NCBI GenBank assembly: GCA_019752125.1
Contig: JAIEMM010000012.1
Location: 3,437 to 67,436, forward strand
Source of the DNA: Patescibacteria group bacterium
GTDB taxonomy: Bacteria > Patescibacteriota > Minisyncoccia > Phycocordibacterales > SBAW01
DNA length: 64,000 nucleotides
Direction of reading: 5' to 3'
Shown: piece by piece, positions 1 to 10,037 of the stretch
How the letters are laid out: every line of letters begins with the position of its first letter
How positions within the stretch are numbered: position 1 is the first letter of the stretch
Position numbers and translations under genes: made by a program
The notes under the pieces: model-generated
Database searches by the model: none
What the model was told of the DNA's origin: nothing
Seen by the model: the letters and a program-made list of their open reading frames with translations, nothing else

Positions 1-441
1 ATATCTGCAGAGGGTGTTCCAGCAGGACTCGCACAAAATACGAAACTTGGGACGCCAGTAGATGTTGTCGTTGCGCTCGGTTCTGCGGCACGTGCAACCA
101 ACACAGGTGATGTCCGCCAAGCGGAACGCATTGTCGATATAGGAGACCGAACAACTCTTGCGTGGAGCAAAAAAATCAATAATGCCTCTTTTGTGTTGTG
201 GAACGGACCAACAGGTATCTACGAGCAAGGTTTTACGAAGGCGACACAGGTGTTAGCGCAAGCGCTTGTGCAGTCATCGTGCAAAGCACTTATTGGTGGA
301 GGGGACACGGCCGCGGCCCTTTCAAATTTTTCGTTCGACCCGTCGCGTATTTTTGTATCAACTGGCGGTGGGGCAATGCTTCAGTTGCTTGCAGATGGAA
401 CTCTGCCTGGCATTGAGGCTCTTAAAGGTTCTGCGGTATAA
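1..441 (+). CDS. pgk: phosphoglycerate kinase, C-terminal part (5' truncated by window)
   Basis: Frame open from base 1; motifs IVDIG, LWNGPTG, IGGGDT, VSTGGGA...LPG. Confidence 0.95.
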   Translation: MSAEGVPAGLAQNTKLGTPVDVVVALGSAARATNTGDVRQAERIVDIGDRTTLAWSKKINNASFVLWNGPTGIYEQGFTKATQVLAQALVQSSCKALIGGGDTAAALSNFSFDPSRIFVSTGGGAMLQLLADGTLPGIEALKGSAV

Positions 442-730
442 GGTGGATGTGGGCATGAGGCACGTCCTTACCAACAATAGAGAGATGGATATAATCGGCG
501 GAAGTTTCGTTCTTTAATTGTGCTGAAATTGTGCGCGCAACTCGGAAGAATTTATCTGAAAGTTCATCAGGTAAATCTAGGAACCATGCAAAGTGAGCTT
601 TTGGAACAACAAGGGTGTGTCCGGGCGCTTTAGGATGAATGTCTAAAAATGCAATAAAATCCTCGTCCTCGTATGTTTTGGTAGAAGGGATGTCGCCCGC
701 GACGATTTTGCAGAAAATACAGTTTTCCAT
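422..730 (-). CDS. HIT family nucleotide hydrolase
   Basis: CIFCKI, FLDIHP..GHTLVVPK, HAHIHLIP histidine triad. Confidence 0.95.
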   Translation of the reverse strand: MENCIFCKIVAGDIPSTKTYEDEDFIAFLDIHPKAPGHTLVVPKAHFAWFLDLPDELSDKFFRVARTISAQLKNETSADYIHLSIVGKDVPHAHIHLIPQNL

Positions 731-750
731 GAGTCTATTATACTGAACTG
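731..750. promoter_or_regulatory. overlapping divergent -10 boxes (leaderless HIT / recJ)
   Basis: TATACT (739-744, +) 6 nt before recJ ATG; TATAAT (742-737, -) 6 nt before HIT ATG. Confidence 0.6.
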
Positions 751-2484
751 ATGCAGAAACAATACCGCCTACGGAAGCGAAGCCACGAAGACCTTATTTT
801 AGACCTGTTAAATGCTCGGGGCGTGGAACAAGAAGCCCAGGAACGATTTTTACAACCTGATTTTGAACGAGACTCTCATGACCCATTCCTTTTGCCAGAT
901 ATGGAAAAGGCTGTTGAGCGTATCTTGCGTGCAAAGAAAGATGGGGAAACAGTTGTTGTGTGGAGCGACTACGACGCAGATGGTCTCCCTGCTGGTGTGA
1001 TGCTTACGCAATTTTTGCGCGACATAGGTTTGAATGTCATTCACCACATTCCACATAGAAACAACGAGGGCTTTGGTTTAAATAAAAAAGGGATAGAGGA
1101 ACTCTCAAAACAGGGGGTAAAAGTGATGATCACTGCCGACTGCGGCACGACTGATGCGGAGCAAATTGCGTTTGCAAATGAACTAGGCATAGACACTATT
1201 GTGACGGATCACCATATGGTTCCTGCCTCCGCAGAGAAAACACTTTCTTCAGCTGCAGGCCAGCAAGGGGACGCTTCAGAAAGTGTTTTCTCTGCTCCGC
1301 TTGCATTAATAAATCCAAAACGTCTCGATAGCGCGTATCCATTTGATGGACTATGCGGCGCGGGGGTTGCATGGAAATTGGTTCAAGGAATTTTAAAAAA
1401 GAATCGTCCTGAAGGGTACGCAGATGGTCGCGAAAAATGGTTTTTAGATTTAGTGGGCATCGCGACGCTTTCTGATATGGTGCCGCTTGTTGATGAAAAT
1501 AGGATGCTCGCACATTTTGGACTGACGGTGATGCGCCGCGCCCGCAGACCGGGCTTGAGTGCGCTTCTTAAACTTTTAAAAATAAAGCCGCAAACACTTA
1601 CAGAAGATGATGTTGGGTTTATGATCTCGCCGCGCATCAATGCAGCGTCACGAATGGGTAACCCGCTTACTGCGGCGCGCCTGCTCGCCGCAGAAGGGGA
1701 AGAGGCAGCATCGCTCGCTCGCGAACTCCAAGCGCTTAACGATGAACGCAAAACTGTTGTAGCGACAACAGTCAAAGAAGCTAATAAGCGTCTTGCAGAA
1801 GCGACTCCAAGCTCTGTCATTGTGATGGGGAGCCCTAATTGGCGACCGGGCATTCTTGGCCTCGTCGCAAGCTCGCTTGTAGAGACGCATCAAAAGCCAG
1901 TGTTCCTATGGGGTCGCGAAGAAGGCCTGCCCCGCGAATCCGAAGGATTTTTGCGGGGGTCGTGCCGCTCGGACGGTGTCGCAAATGTCGTTGACTGTAT
2001 GCGCCTCGCCCATGAAGAAGATTTGTTCGTAGACTTTGGCGGGCATCACGGAGCAGGAGGTTTTTCTCTTACACAAGAACGCGTGCATGAACTCCATACA
2101 CGACTTGAACAAGCATACGAATCTTTACGTTCAGAAATTTCTGCAGCCGTTGAAGTGCAAATAGACAGAGAGCTAGATTTAGCGGAACTTCCTCACGCAC
2201 TTAAGGGTGTTCAAAAACTCGCACCATTTGGAGTAGGGAACACGAAGCCTTTATTTATTTTGCCAAACGTAACAATTTCTAATATTAAATTGTTTGGTAA
2301 AACTCAAAACCATCTTGGCCTGACTCTTGTAAAAAATACTGCACGAACCGAGGCAATAGCTTTTTTCTCAACTCCTGAATCATTTAAAAAACCAATCGCT
2401 AAAGATATGAAGGCCGACATCGTTGGCCATGTTGAGCTCGACTGGCGCGGCCAGCCTCGTGTAAGGATTGTTGATATACTCTAG
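751..2484 (+). CDS. recJ: single-stranded DNA exonuclease RecJ
   Basis: DYDADG, TADCG, TDHH, PRINAASR, GSCRS, GGH, LAPFGVGN motifs. Confidence 0.97.
   Translation: MQKQYRLRKRSHEDLILDLLNARGVEQEAQERFLQPDFERDSHDPFLLPDMEKAVERILRAKKDGETVVVWSDYDADGLPAGVMLTQFLRDIGLNVIHHIPHRNNEGFGLNKKGIEELSKQGVKVMITADCGTTDAEQIAFANELGIDTIVTDHHMVPASAEKTLSSAAGQQGDASESVFSAPLALINPKRLDSAYPFDGLCGAGVAWKLVQGILKKNRPEGYADGREKWFLDLVGIATLSDMVPLVDENRMLAHFGLTVMRRARRPGLSALLKLLKIKPQTLTEDDVGFMISPRINAASRMGNPLTAARLLAAEGEEAASLARELQALNDERKTVVATTVKEANKRLAEATPSSVIVMGSPNWRPGILGLVASSLVETHQKPVFLWGREEGLPRESEGFLRGSCRSDGVANVVDCMRLAHEEDLFVDFGGHHGAGGFSLTQERVHELHTRLEQAYESLRSEISAAVEVQIDRELDLAELPHALKGVQKLAPFGVGNTKPLFILPNVTISNIKLFGKTQNHLGLTLVKNTARTEAIAFFSTPESFKKPIAKDMKADIVGHVELDWRGQPRVRIVDIL
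1231..1295. repeat. palindromic element inside recJ
   Basis: Perfect 18-bp inverted repeat GCAGAGAAAACACTTTCT (1231-1248) / AGAAAGTGTTTTCTCTGC (1278-1295). Confidence 0.85.
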
Positions 2485-2486
2485 CG

Positions 2487-3191
2487 ATGCAGAAAATTAC
2501 TATTTTTACTGACGGCGCGGCAAAGGGGAACCCAGGTCCAGGTGGGTGGGGCGCGATAGTTGCTGATAATGAGACTGTTACCGAGTTAGGAGGACGCGAA
2601 GATCATACAACCAACAATAGAATGGAACTTACGGGTGCTCTTGAAGCGCTCACTCGTGCAAAACATAAAGATGCGGATGTTGTTTTGTATACCGACTCAC
2701 GCTACGTCATAAACGGAATTACAAAGTGGGTGAAGGGCTGGGAGAGAAATGGATGGATGACTCAACAGAAGAAAGATGTGTTGAATAAAGATTTGTGGGA
2801 AAAGCTTGTGGAGGCCGTAGATTCGCGGACAGGAAGGATTTCGTGGAAATATGTTGGCGGGCATGTGGGTATTGCGGGCAACGAACGAGTTGATGAAATA
2901 GCGTCAAACTTTGCAGAAAAAATTCCAGTCACGCTCTACTCAGGTTCTACCGACGCCTACACAGTTTCTGTCCACGACATGTCCCTTGATGAGTCGAAAC
3001 AAAAAGCAAAATCTTCATCGAGCGCTCGCTCTAAAGCAAAAGCATATTCGTATGTAAGTAAAGTCGACGGAGTTGTGTTGGTTCACAAAACATGGGCTGA
3101 ATGTGAGGCTCGTGTAAAAGGAAAGGCGGCGCGCTTTAAAAAAGCGACATCACCCGAAGAAGAAACAGAAATCATAAAAGATTTTTCCTAA
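2487..3191 (+). CDS. rnhA: ribonuclease HI with C-terminal hybrid-binding (viroplasmin-like) domain
   Basis: FTDGAAKGNPGPGGWG, TTNNRMEL, TDSRY, GHVG..GNERVD; C-terminal TWAECEARVKG. Confidence 0.93.
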   Translation: MQKITIFTDGAAKGNPGPGGWGAIVADNETVTELGGREDHTTNNRMELTGALEALTRAKHKDADVVLYTDSRYVINGITKWVKGWERNGWMTQQKKDVLNKDLWEKLVEAVDSRTGRISWKYVGGHVGIAGNERVDEIASNFAEKIPVTLYSGSTDAYTVSVHDMSLDESKQKAKSSSSARSKAKAYSYVSKVDGVVLVHKTWAECEARVKGKAARFKKATSPEEETEIIKDFS

Positions 3192-3231
3192 ATTTATCTT
3201 CTCTCTAGCGTCTTTTCGCTAGAGTAGGGAA

Positions 3232-4638
3232 GTGAGAAGAATATTTTTTATTACAGTAATGTGTGCTGGGTTACTGTGCATTTTTATTGCGAGGGTGGAA
3301 ATGTATGTTTCAGATTGGAATAAACAGAGTTTGGTTGCGCTTACGCGTACGTTGCCGGAGAAAGGCCCCTCGACTCTGCTCGGGGCAGGTAAAAAAGTTG
3401 TTGTGGAGGGAAGGGTGGTTGCGGACCCGGATATGCGGGATACGACACTGCACGCGAATATTAAAGTTGAGACAATAGATGGCAAAAAAGAAACAGGTAC
3501 ACTCATTGCGTTTTTTCCGACTGATACAAAACTAGAATACGGCCAGCGCATTGTTGCAAAAGGAACACTTCGTCTACCCGACCCGTTTGAAACAGACAAC
3601 GGCGGCACATTCGACTACCCGCACTACCTACAGGTGCAAGGAATTTCAGCGATGCTTACAAGTGGTAAACTCGCGTCCAGCACGCCGGCTGGGTTTTCAC
3701 TACGAGGTTCACTTTTTAATCTTAAACATAGCTTCGACCGTTCACTGGAGAGAATTTTTGTTCCACCACAGGGCGCGTTGATGCAGGGAATTATTTTAGG
3801 TGAGAGACACGGCATCCCCGACACACTCAACCATGCGTTTATTGTGGCGAGCCTTATTCATATTGTCGTGTTGTCGGGACATGTATTTACTCTCATTACT
3901 GATGCAATAATGCGGACGCTTTCTTTCTTGCCCAAGAGACCGCGCTACGTTCTTGCCGCATTGTTTAGCGTGCTTTTTATAATGATGGTTGGAGCCTCAT
4001 CCGTTGCGCTGCGTGCAGGAATAATGGCCGGCATTGGCATGCTCGCACGTTTTTACAACCGCAATGCAGATGCGTTAAGAGCACTCTTTGTGGCAGTACT
4101 CATTATGGGTTTGTTAAATCCACCCGCACTTCTTTGGGACACATCTTTTATATTGAGTGTACTTGCGACATTTGGGCTCATCACACTCTCTCCTTTAGTA
4201 GAGAAATGGTTATTTTGGATACCCAAGCGCTTTGATCTGCGAGGAATCGCAACTTCAACACTTTCAGTACAGATTTTTATTCTGCCCACGCTTCTGTATT
4301 ACACGGGCACACTTTCATACTTTGCGTTGCCTGCAAATGTAATTGCTCTACCGGTTTTGCCGTGGGCGATGTTGTTTGGATTTCTTGCAGGGCTTTTTGG
4401 AATGTTGCCTGGCGTCCTCGGTTTGGTTCTCGCGTTCGTGCCCGCATTTTTCGCACAGCTCTTACTGCGCTGGATTATTTTTATTGCCCAAGCAGTTGAA
4501 GCAATTCCGCATTCAGCGACAGTTATCCACGCCTTCCCTCTATGGGCGGCGCTTCTGTGTTACATACCACTTACGTTTATTGCGTACGTGTCAGTTTTTC
4601 GAAACGTTCCTCGACGAGCGACCAGTTCAAGTTCTTAA
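3232..4638 (+). CDS. comEC: ComEC/Rec2 family competence protein
   Basis: OB-like domain with FDYPHYL, HIVVLSGH, SALRA-like, SFILS; many TM segments; no MBL domain. Confidence 0.9.
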   Translation: MRRIFFITVMCAGLLCIFIARVEMYVSDWNKQSLVALTRTLPEKGPSTLLGAGKKVVVEGRVVADPDMRDTTLHANIKVETIDGKKETGTLIAFFPTDTKLEYGQRIVAKGTLRLPDPFETDNGGTFDYPHYLQVQGISAMLTSGKLASSTPAGFSLRGSLFNLKHSFDRSLERIFVPPQGALMQGIILGERHGIPDTLNHAFIVASLIHIVVLSGHVFTLITDAIMRTLSFLPKRPRYVLAALFSVLFIMMVGASSVALRAGIMAGIGMLARFYNRNADALRALFVAVLIMGLLNPPALLWDTSFILSVLATFGLITLSPLVEKWLFWIPKRFDLRGIATSTLSVQIFILPTLLYYTGTLSYFALPANVIALPVLPWAMLFGFLAGLFGMLPGVLGLVLAFVPAFFAQLLLRWIIFIAQAVEAIPHSATVIHAFPLWAALLCYIPLTFIAYVSVFRNVPRRATSSSS

Positions 4639-5176
4639 AAAATGCGTCCATGTATTTTCCTTTGCCTTGAGTTCCATAGTCCAAAAGGAATGCATGTTCC
4701 CAGACATCCAGAGCAAGCACGATAGGGAGGGTTACGAAGTGGCCTTGATGTTGTTCGCCTGAGAAACCTGCAAGAAGCTGCTGACCCTCAGCGTCCCAAT
4801 AAAGAATTGCCCAACCTGGTCCGCGCATATTTCCAATTGCTTTGAAGTACGGCTCGAAGTGTTCAACCTTCGTGTATTCCTTTTCAAATTGTTTTGCAAG
4901 TGAGCTACTTGGGGTGAGCGGAGTCGAACCCCCTTCAAACTGTGCGAAATAGAGTTCGTGCAAACGCATACCGCCAAATTCAAACGAGCGGCGGCGAATA
5001 AGTTCTGAAAGCGCGTGAGCGTTTGCCTCGCTGTCTTGTGCGTATTCAGGGATCTTTTTTGAAATTGCGTTGAAGTTTTTAACGTAGCCCTGATACAGAC
5101 CAATATGATCCTCTACAGATTTAGTCGAAATCCCATCAAGGGCGGGGATGTTAAAAGTTTTTGGTGTGTATTCCAT
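4577..5176 (-). CDS. Fe/Mn superoxide dismutase family protein
   Basis: HIGLYQGYV, LHELYF, LALDVWEHAF, FFKNLNW; start moved to ATG 5176 after TACAAT. Confidence 0.9.
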   Translation of the reverse strand: MEYTPKTFNIPALDGISTKSVEDHIGLYQGYVKNFNAISKKIPEYAQDSEANAHALSELIRRRSFEFGGMRLHELYFAQFEGGSTPLTPSSSLAKQFEKEYTKVEHFEPYFKAIGNMRGPGWAILYWDAEGQQLLAGFSGEQHQGHFVTLPIVLALDVWEHAFLLDYGTQGKGKYMDAFFKNLNWSLVEERFEKLTRTQ

Positions 5177-5305
5177 ATGCCAACATTGTACACCGGACAC
5201 GTTGTATACAGGTTGGCGCACGAAGATATTTGCTATTTTTACAAAATGTTGTATTGTGTACCTCGGTATGTTTTCAGTACATCCTTTAATAAAGGAATGT
5301 TAGCT

Positions 5306-5674
5306 ATGAGTATATGCGAAATTGGGACGGCATCTAGGCGGAAACCTGGCCCTCGCTGTGGTTCTCCGAATGGGCAAGCTGTAAGAGACGCATTGGAGGC
5401 TACGAGGAGGCTCATGCTTGCAGGCAATCTTTTCCCCACCATGAAAGAGATTGCAGATGTGGCGGGCTATACCGAACGGCATATATATTATTGCTGGGGA
5501 ACGCGTGCAGATTTGCACCACGCGGTGCTCGACGGCGATCCTGTTTTTGCCGCAAAGTGTGGCAGAATACTGCTCTCGCAGATCGGTGTCCCAGACATGC
5601 CTCATAGGTCAGACGAACTTGACGCCTGGTTCGACGGCCTTTGCAGAAAGACCTTGTTGGATAAGATTGGATAA
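5306..5674 (+). CDS. hypothetical protein with TetR-like HTH (cassette)
   Basis: PTMKEIADVAGYTERHIYYCWGTRADL resembles a TetR HTH; SD AAAGGA; followed by the GCGACCC..GGGCCGCC hairpin. Confidence 0.6.
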   Translation: MSICEIGTASRRKPGPRCGSPNGQAVRDALEATRRLMLAGNLFPTMKEIADVAGYTERHIYYCWGTRADLHHAVLDGDPVFAAKCGRILLSQIGVPDMPHRSDELDAWFDGLCRKTLLDKIG

Positions 5675-5681
5675 TCAAAAA

Positions 5682-5708
5682 GCGACCCTCTCGGGCCGCC
5701 TTTTTTCT
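5682..5708. terminator. cassette-family hairpin GCGACCC-N4-GGGCCGCC-T-tract
   Basis: Same hairpin family as 23881, 24322, 25056, 26043. Confidence 0.7.
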
Positions 5709-5722
5709 ATGTAAATATTAGT

Positions 5723-5965
5723 TTAGATAAGACCAGCCTTTTTGAGGGTCTTGTATGCGCCGTTCTTGGCGATAGTCTTGAGGCCTTGAGTCGAGACAGT
5801 GACAGTGATGGTCTTGTTGAGCTCAGGGACGAAAATGCGCTTCTTCTGGAGGTTTACCTGCTTACGGACATTGCCAGTAGGGTTGAATTTTGTAGCACGA
5901 ATACGGTTGCTGTAGCCGCCAGCAACTAGAGAGCTTTTATTCGTGATGGGACAAGTCTTTGCCAT
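5723..5965 (-). CDS. rpmB: 50S ribosomal protein L28
   Basis: MAKTCPIT...RKQVNLQKKRIFVPEL...VSTQGLKTI. Confidence 0.93.
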   Translation of the reverse strand: MAKTCPITNKSSLVAGGYSNRIRATKFNPTGNVRKQVNLQKKRIFVPELNKTITVTVSTQGLKTIAKNGAYKTLKKAGLI

Positions 5966-6002
5966 ATGTGTAGCCTGGACATGCTATCATGTTTTTGTTG
6001 AT

Positions 6003-6638
6003 ATGCAAACGGACCTCATCTTCGGCCTCATAATCCTTATAATCTCGGTTATTTTGCACGAGGTGGCCCATGGCTATATGGCCAACTATCTTGGCGACCC
6101 AACCGCTCGTCTCCAGGGCCGCCTTACCCTTAATCCTCTCTCCCACATAGATCCTATTGGCTCTATTCTTCTACCCGCCCTGCTCGTGTTCAGTAGTTCG
6201 CCATTCTTGATTGGCTATGCAAAGCCGGTTCCATACAATCCTTATAATTTGAAAGGGAAGTGGGCTGAAACGCTGGTGGCTGCAGCTGGCCCTGGCACAA
6301 ACCTTCTCCTCGCCTGTATCTTCGCCATCCTTATACGTGCTGGAAGCGTTGCGATGACCACTCAAACCCTGACCGCCTTTGCGACCATCGTCTACATCAA
6401 CCTTTTATTGGCCTTATTTAACCTCATACCTATCGCTCCGCTAGATGGATCAAAGGTGCTTTCAGGGTTGCTCGGCACCCGCACTGTGGTCGGCCGCGCC
6501 TATGAGTCTTTCCGATCAAGCCTTGAGCGCGTCGGCGTTTTCTCCGGCACGCTTATTATTTTGGTTATTTTGTACCTTCTCTATCCGTACTTCTCCTTTG
6601 TTGTTCAGGCAACCTTTACTCTTTTAGTAGGGCAATAG
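6003..6638 (+). CDS. site-2 protease family (M50) membrane metalloprotease
   Basis: HEVAH, GDPTA..GRLTLNP, FNLIPIAPLDG. Confidence 0.93.
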   Translation: MQTDLIFGLIILIISVILHEVAHGYMANYLGDPTARLQGRLTLNPLSHIDPIGSILLPALLVFSSSPFLIGYAKPVPYNPYNLKGKWAETLVAAAGPGTNLLLACIFAILIRAGSVAMTTQTLTAFATIVYINLLLALFNLIPIAPLDGSKVLSGLLGTRTVVGRAYESFRSSLERVGVFSGTLIILVILYLLYPYFSFVVQATFTLLVGQ

Positions 6639-6723
6639 GACAGCAAAAATTGTTCTGCTTGCGCTGGCCATTTATATATAGTAGATTGTTGGCAACGCCT
6701 TGAGGGCGTTTTTAATTCAAGAA

Positions 6724-7137
6724 ATGGCACGTATATCACAGCTTGTCCGCAAAGGACGCACACAATTGAAGAGCAAGTCGAAGTCACCGGCCCTTGGTCG
6801 TGGTTTCAACGTTCTCAAAAATCGTCCTGTGTTCTACTCGTCTCCATTCAAACGCGGAGTCTGCACGAAAGTAACGACTATGACTCCCCGCAAACCAAAC
6901 TCAGCTATCCGTAAGATTGCCCGTGTTCGCTTGACCAACGGTCAGGAAATCACCGCATACATCCCAGGTGAAGGCCACAACCTCCAGGAACACTCAGTGG
7001 TTATGGTTCGTGCAGGCCGTGTGAAAGACATCAACGTTCGTTACCAGATCGTGCGCGGTCGCCTCGATGCAGGTGCGGTTGAGAAGCGTAATGTTTCTCG
7101 CTCACGTTACGGTGTTAAGCGCTCAACTAAGAAATAA
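6724..7137 (+). CDS. rpsL: 30S ribosomal protein S12
   Basis: [32 protein letters not shown]. Confidence 0.98.
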   Translation: MARISQLVRKGRTQLKSKSKSPALGRGFNVLKNRPVFYSSPFKRGVCTKVTTMTPRKPNSAIRKIARVRLTNGQEITAYIPGEGHNLQEHSVVMVRAGRVKDINVRYQIVRGRLDAGAVEKRNVSRSRYGVKRSTKK

Positions 7138-7142
7138 TTTAT

Positions 7143-7613
7143 ATGCGTCGACCAGTTAAAAATCGCAATATCGTCGGTCCTGACATGAAGTTCAACTCAA
7201 CGAAGGTTGAGAAGTTCATCAACTCTGTTATGTGGGACGGCAAGAAGAGCACTGCTCGCAAGGTTGTCTACGATGCGTTCGATATCATTCAGGAGAAAAC
7301 TAAAGTAGAAAGCCCTCTCGAAATCTTTGAAGAAGCTATCCGCAACGTAGGTCCTGCAATGGAAATCCGTTCACGCCGTGTTGGTGGTGCAAACTACCAA
7401 GTTCCTCGCGAAGTTCGTCCAGAACGTAAGCAGGCTCTCGCGTACCGCTGGATACTCATTGCCGCTCGCGCTCGCAAGGGTATGCCTATGGCAAACCGCC
7501 TCGCAGAAGAAATCATTGCAGCATCTAAGAATGAAGGCCCTGCAATCAAGAAGCGCGAAGATACTCACAAGATGGCAGAATCAAACAAGGCGTTCGCACA
7601 CTTCGCCTGGTAA
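7143..7613 (+). CDS. rpsG: 30S ribosomal protein S7
   Basis: [31 protein letters not shown]. Confidence 0.98.
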   Translation: MRRPVKNRNIVGPDMKFNSTKVEKFINSVMWDGKKSTARKVVYDAFDIIQEKTKVESPLEIFEEAIRNVGPAMEIRSRRVGGANYQVPREVRPERKQALAYRWILIAARARKGMPMANRLAEEIIAASKNEGPAIKKREDTHKMAESNKAFAHFAW

Positions 7614-7628
7614 TTTCAAACACAAAAG

Positions 7629-7658
7629 AAAACACCGCCTCAAAAGGGCGGTGTTTTT
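7629..7658 (+). terminator. intrinsic terminator after rpsG
   Basis: AAAACACCGCC-TCAAAAG-GGCGGTGTTTTT. Confidence 0.8.
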
Positions 7659-7676
7659 ACATGCTACATTTTTTGT

Positions 7677-8495
7677 ATGCCCTTAAGGTTGCGTGGGTTT
7701 ACGCTTATAGAGCTCCTTGTGGTTATTGCCATTATTGGTCTGCTTGGGGCCATTGTGATGGCCTCGCTCCAAAGTGCCCGCACAAAGGCGCGGCTGACTT
7801 CTGCAAAGGCGCAAGATGCAGCAATGCGAAATGGAATCGAACAGGTTGTGGGGCAGTGGCCTCTTGATGACTGTTCGGGCACGAACGCGAGCGACACCTC
7901 AGGTTCTGGTAACACGGGTGCATTTACAGGTAGTGGAAATACATGGGATACGGCCAACACTCCATATGGAACGGGATGTTCAGTGCTCTTAAATGGAAGT
8001 GGAGCGATTTCCGTTCCTGATAAAAGTACCTATGCGTTTGGAACAGGTGACTTTACGATGGCTGTTTGGATAAAGACAAATACTCAACAGACCGGAAGTA
8101 CAGGATTTATTGCAAAAAATTTAAGCGGCACAGGTCCTGGATTTGGAATCAGACCTAGTGGCGCAACAAATATTGAAATATGGCTGGCTGATGGCTCAAC
8201 GGCATCAAGCCCTAGCTGCACCAGCTGTAATTATGCTGACGGGAACTGGCATTTTATAGCAGGAACGCGAAGAAATTCTCAACTCAGTCTGTATTATGAC
8301 GGAGCTTTAGTTGTAACAGCAGCCTCAAGTCAAAATGTGACGAATGCACAGCCGCTTTACATAGGTTCGCGCGGAGGGACGACGTTCATTGGCAATGTGG
8401 ACGATGCGCGCCTCTACAGTGTTTCGATAAGCGCATATGAAATACGTGCGATGTACGCGCTTGGCGCTATCTTCCATGCGCTCGCACTTCGTTAG
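7677..8495 (+). CDS. type IV pilin-like protein with LamG/concanavalin-like domain
   Basis: GFTLIELLVVIAII N-methylation motif; FTMAVWIK, GNWHFIAGT, LYYDG, FIGNVDDARLY. Confidence 0.9.
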   Translation: MPLRLRGFTLIELLVVIAIIGLLGAIVMASLQSARTKARLTSAKAQDAAMRNGIEQVVGQWPLDDCSGTNASDTSGSGNTGAFTGSGNTWDTANTPYGTGCSVLLNGSGAISVPDKSTYAFGTGDFTMAVWIKTNTQQTGSTGFIAKNLSGTGPGFGIRPSGATNIEIWLADGSTASSPSCTSCNYADGNWHFIAGTRRNSQLSLYYDGALVVTAASSQNVTNAQPLYIGSRGGTTFIGNVDDARLYSVSISAYEIRAMYALGAIFHALALR

Positions 8496-8582
8496 GTGTT
8501 GTTGTAGTGTGGTTTCAGAAACTTTCCCCCGTTGTGGGGGATTGTAGTTTTTAGCGTTCTTCATAAAGAGAAGGGAAAGACA

Positions 8583-9923
8583 ATGACCAAGAAGTTTTTT
8601 GGCACGGATGGTATTCGGGGAGAAGCGAATAAGAAGCTCACTCCGAAGCTGGCGCTTGAAGTTGGGATGGCGGCCGGAATTCATTTCCGGAACAACAATC
8701 CCCATCATCGGCATCGGGTGCTTATCGGCAAGGACACACGGCTTTCCTGCTACATGTTGGAGCAGGCACTTACCGCCGGCTTTTTGTCGGCTGGTATGCA
8801 TGTGTTTTTGACAGGACCTATTCCGACGCCTGGAGTGGCAGCCCTGACACGTTCCATGCGCGCCGACTTGGGCGTCATGATTACCGCGTCTCACAATCCT
8901 TTCGAGGACAATGGCGTCAAACTCTTCGGACCCGACGGCTACAAACTCTCGGATGACGAAGAGCGCAGCATCGAGCAGTTGATGTTGAGGGACCATTCAG
9001 AGCAGCTCGCGTATGGAGACCGTATCGGCCGGGCACAACGCATTAACGGTGTTGCTGACCGCTACATCGAACTCGTCAAAAGTGTCGTGCCTGATATCGA
9101 CTTCGAGGGGTTTCGTGTTGTCATCGACTGCGCGAATGGTGCCGCATATAAGGTTGCTCCACTGGCTCTTGAGGAGTTGGGCGCAGAAGTGTTCGCCATC
9201 GGCGTCGAGCCCAACGGAGTGAACATCAACAGCGGCTGTGGTTCTACAAACCCACTCAAACTTCAAGCCGAAGTCCGTCGTCTGCGTGCCGACATTGGTA
9301 TTGCGCTCGACGGAGACGCCGACCGCGTGCTGCTCGTGGACGAGAAAGGAAACGTAGTGGACGGCGATCAAATCCTTGCGCTTATCGCGACGAATTTGAA
9401 GAACAGGGGTTTGTTGAAAAACGGTGTCGTTGGGACAGTCATGACCAACGGCGGCTTCGAGAGATATTGTGGGGAAACGCTCGAGACTGCCTTTTTTAGG
9501 GCAGATGTAGGCGACCGCTATGTGCTCGAGCGCATGCGTAAGTTCAACGTCACGCTCGGTGGGGAACAGTCTGGGCACATCATCATGTCTGACTATGCGA
9601 CAACAGGTGATGGCTTGATGGCGGCTCTTCAAGTCCTCTCCATCCTCAAGGAAACTGAGCAGCCAATGTCGGCAATCGCGGACTGTTTCGAGCCGATTCC
9701 ACAGGAGCTCCGGAATATCCGAGCTCCCAAGGAGCGGCTGGGACTTCCTACTGTCATCGCCGCGATCGAGGCTGCTAAGCGTGGACTTGGAGAGCTTGGA
9801 CGGCTGATCGTCCGTCCTTCCGGAACAGAGCCTCTAATCCGCGTGATGGTGGAACATCCCGACCGCAAGCTCATTGAGCAGATCTTACAGGACCTGACTC
9901 CTGTCATCGTCACAGCTCAATAA
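8583..9923 (+). CDS. glmM: phosphoglucosamine mutase
   Basis: [46 protein letters not shown]. Confidence 0.96.
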   Translation: MTKKFFGTDGIRGEANKKLTPKLALEVGMAAGIHFRNNNPHHRHRVLIGKDTRLSCYMLEQALTAGFLSAGMHVFLTGPIPTPGVAALTRSMRADLGVMITASHNPFEDNGVKLFGPDGYKLSDDEERSIEQLMLRDHSEQLAYGDRIGRAQRINGVADRYIELVKSVVPDIDFEGFRVVIDCANGAAYKVAPLALEELGAEVFAIGVEPNGVNINSGCGSTNPLKLQAEVRRLRADIGIALDGDADRVLLVDEKGNVVDGDQILALIATNLKNRGLLKNGVVGTVMTNGGFERYCGETLETAFFRADVGDRYVLERMRKFNVTLGGEQSGHIIMSDYATTGDGLMAALQVLSILKETEQPMSAIADCFEPIPQELRNIRAPKERLGLPTVIAAIEAAKRGLGELGRLIVRPSGTEPLIRVMVEHPDRKLIEQILQDLTPVIVTAQ

Positions 9924-9929
9924 CAAAGC

Positions 9930-9968
9930 AAGCCGTCCCCCTTAATAAAGGGACGGCTTTTTCTTTTT
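9930..9968 (+). terminator. intrinsic terminator after glmM
   Basis: AAGCCGTCCC...GGGACGGCTT followed by TTTCTTTT. Confidence 0.8.
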
Positions 9969-10037
9969 GCATTTTTGGCTATCTAAGGTATTGTGTAGTC
10001 AACGCGCATTTGCGCTATTTTTAATCCTCAATTATTT

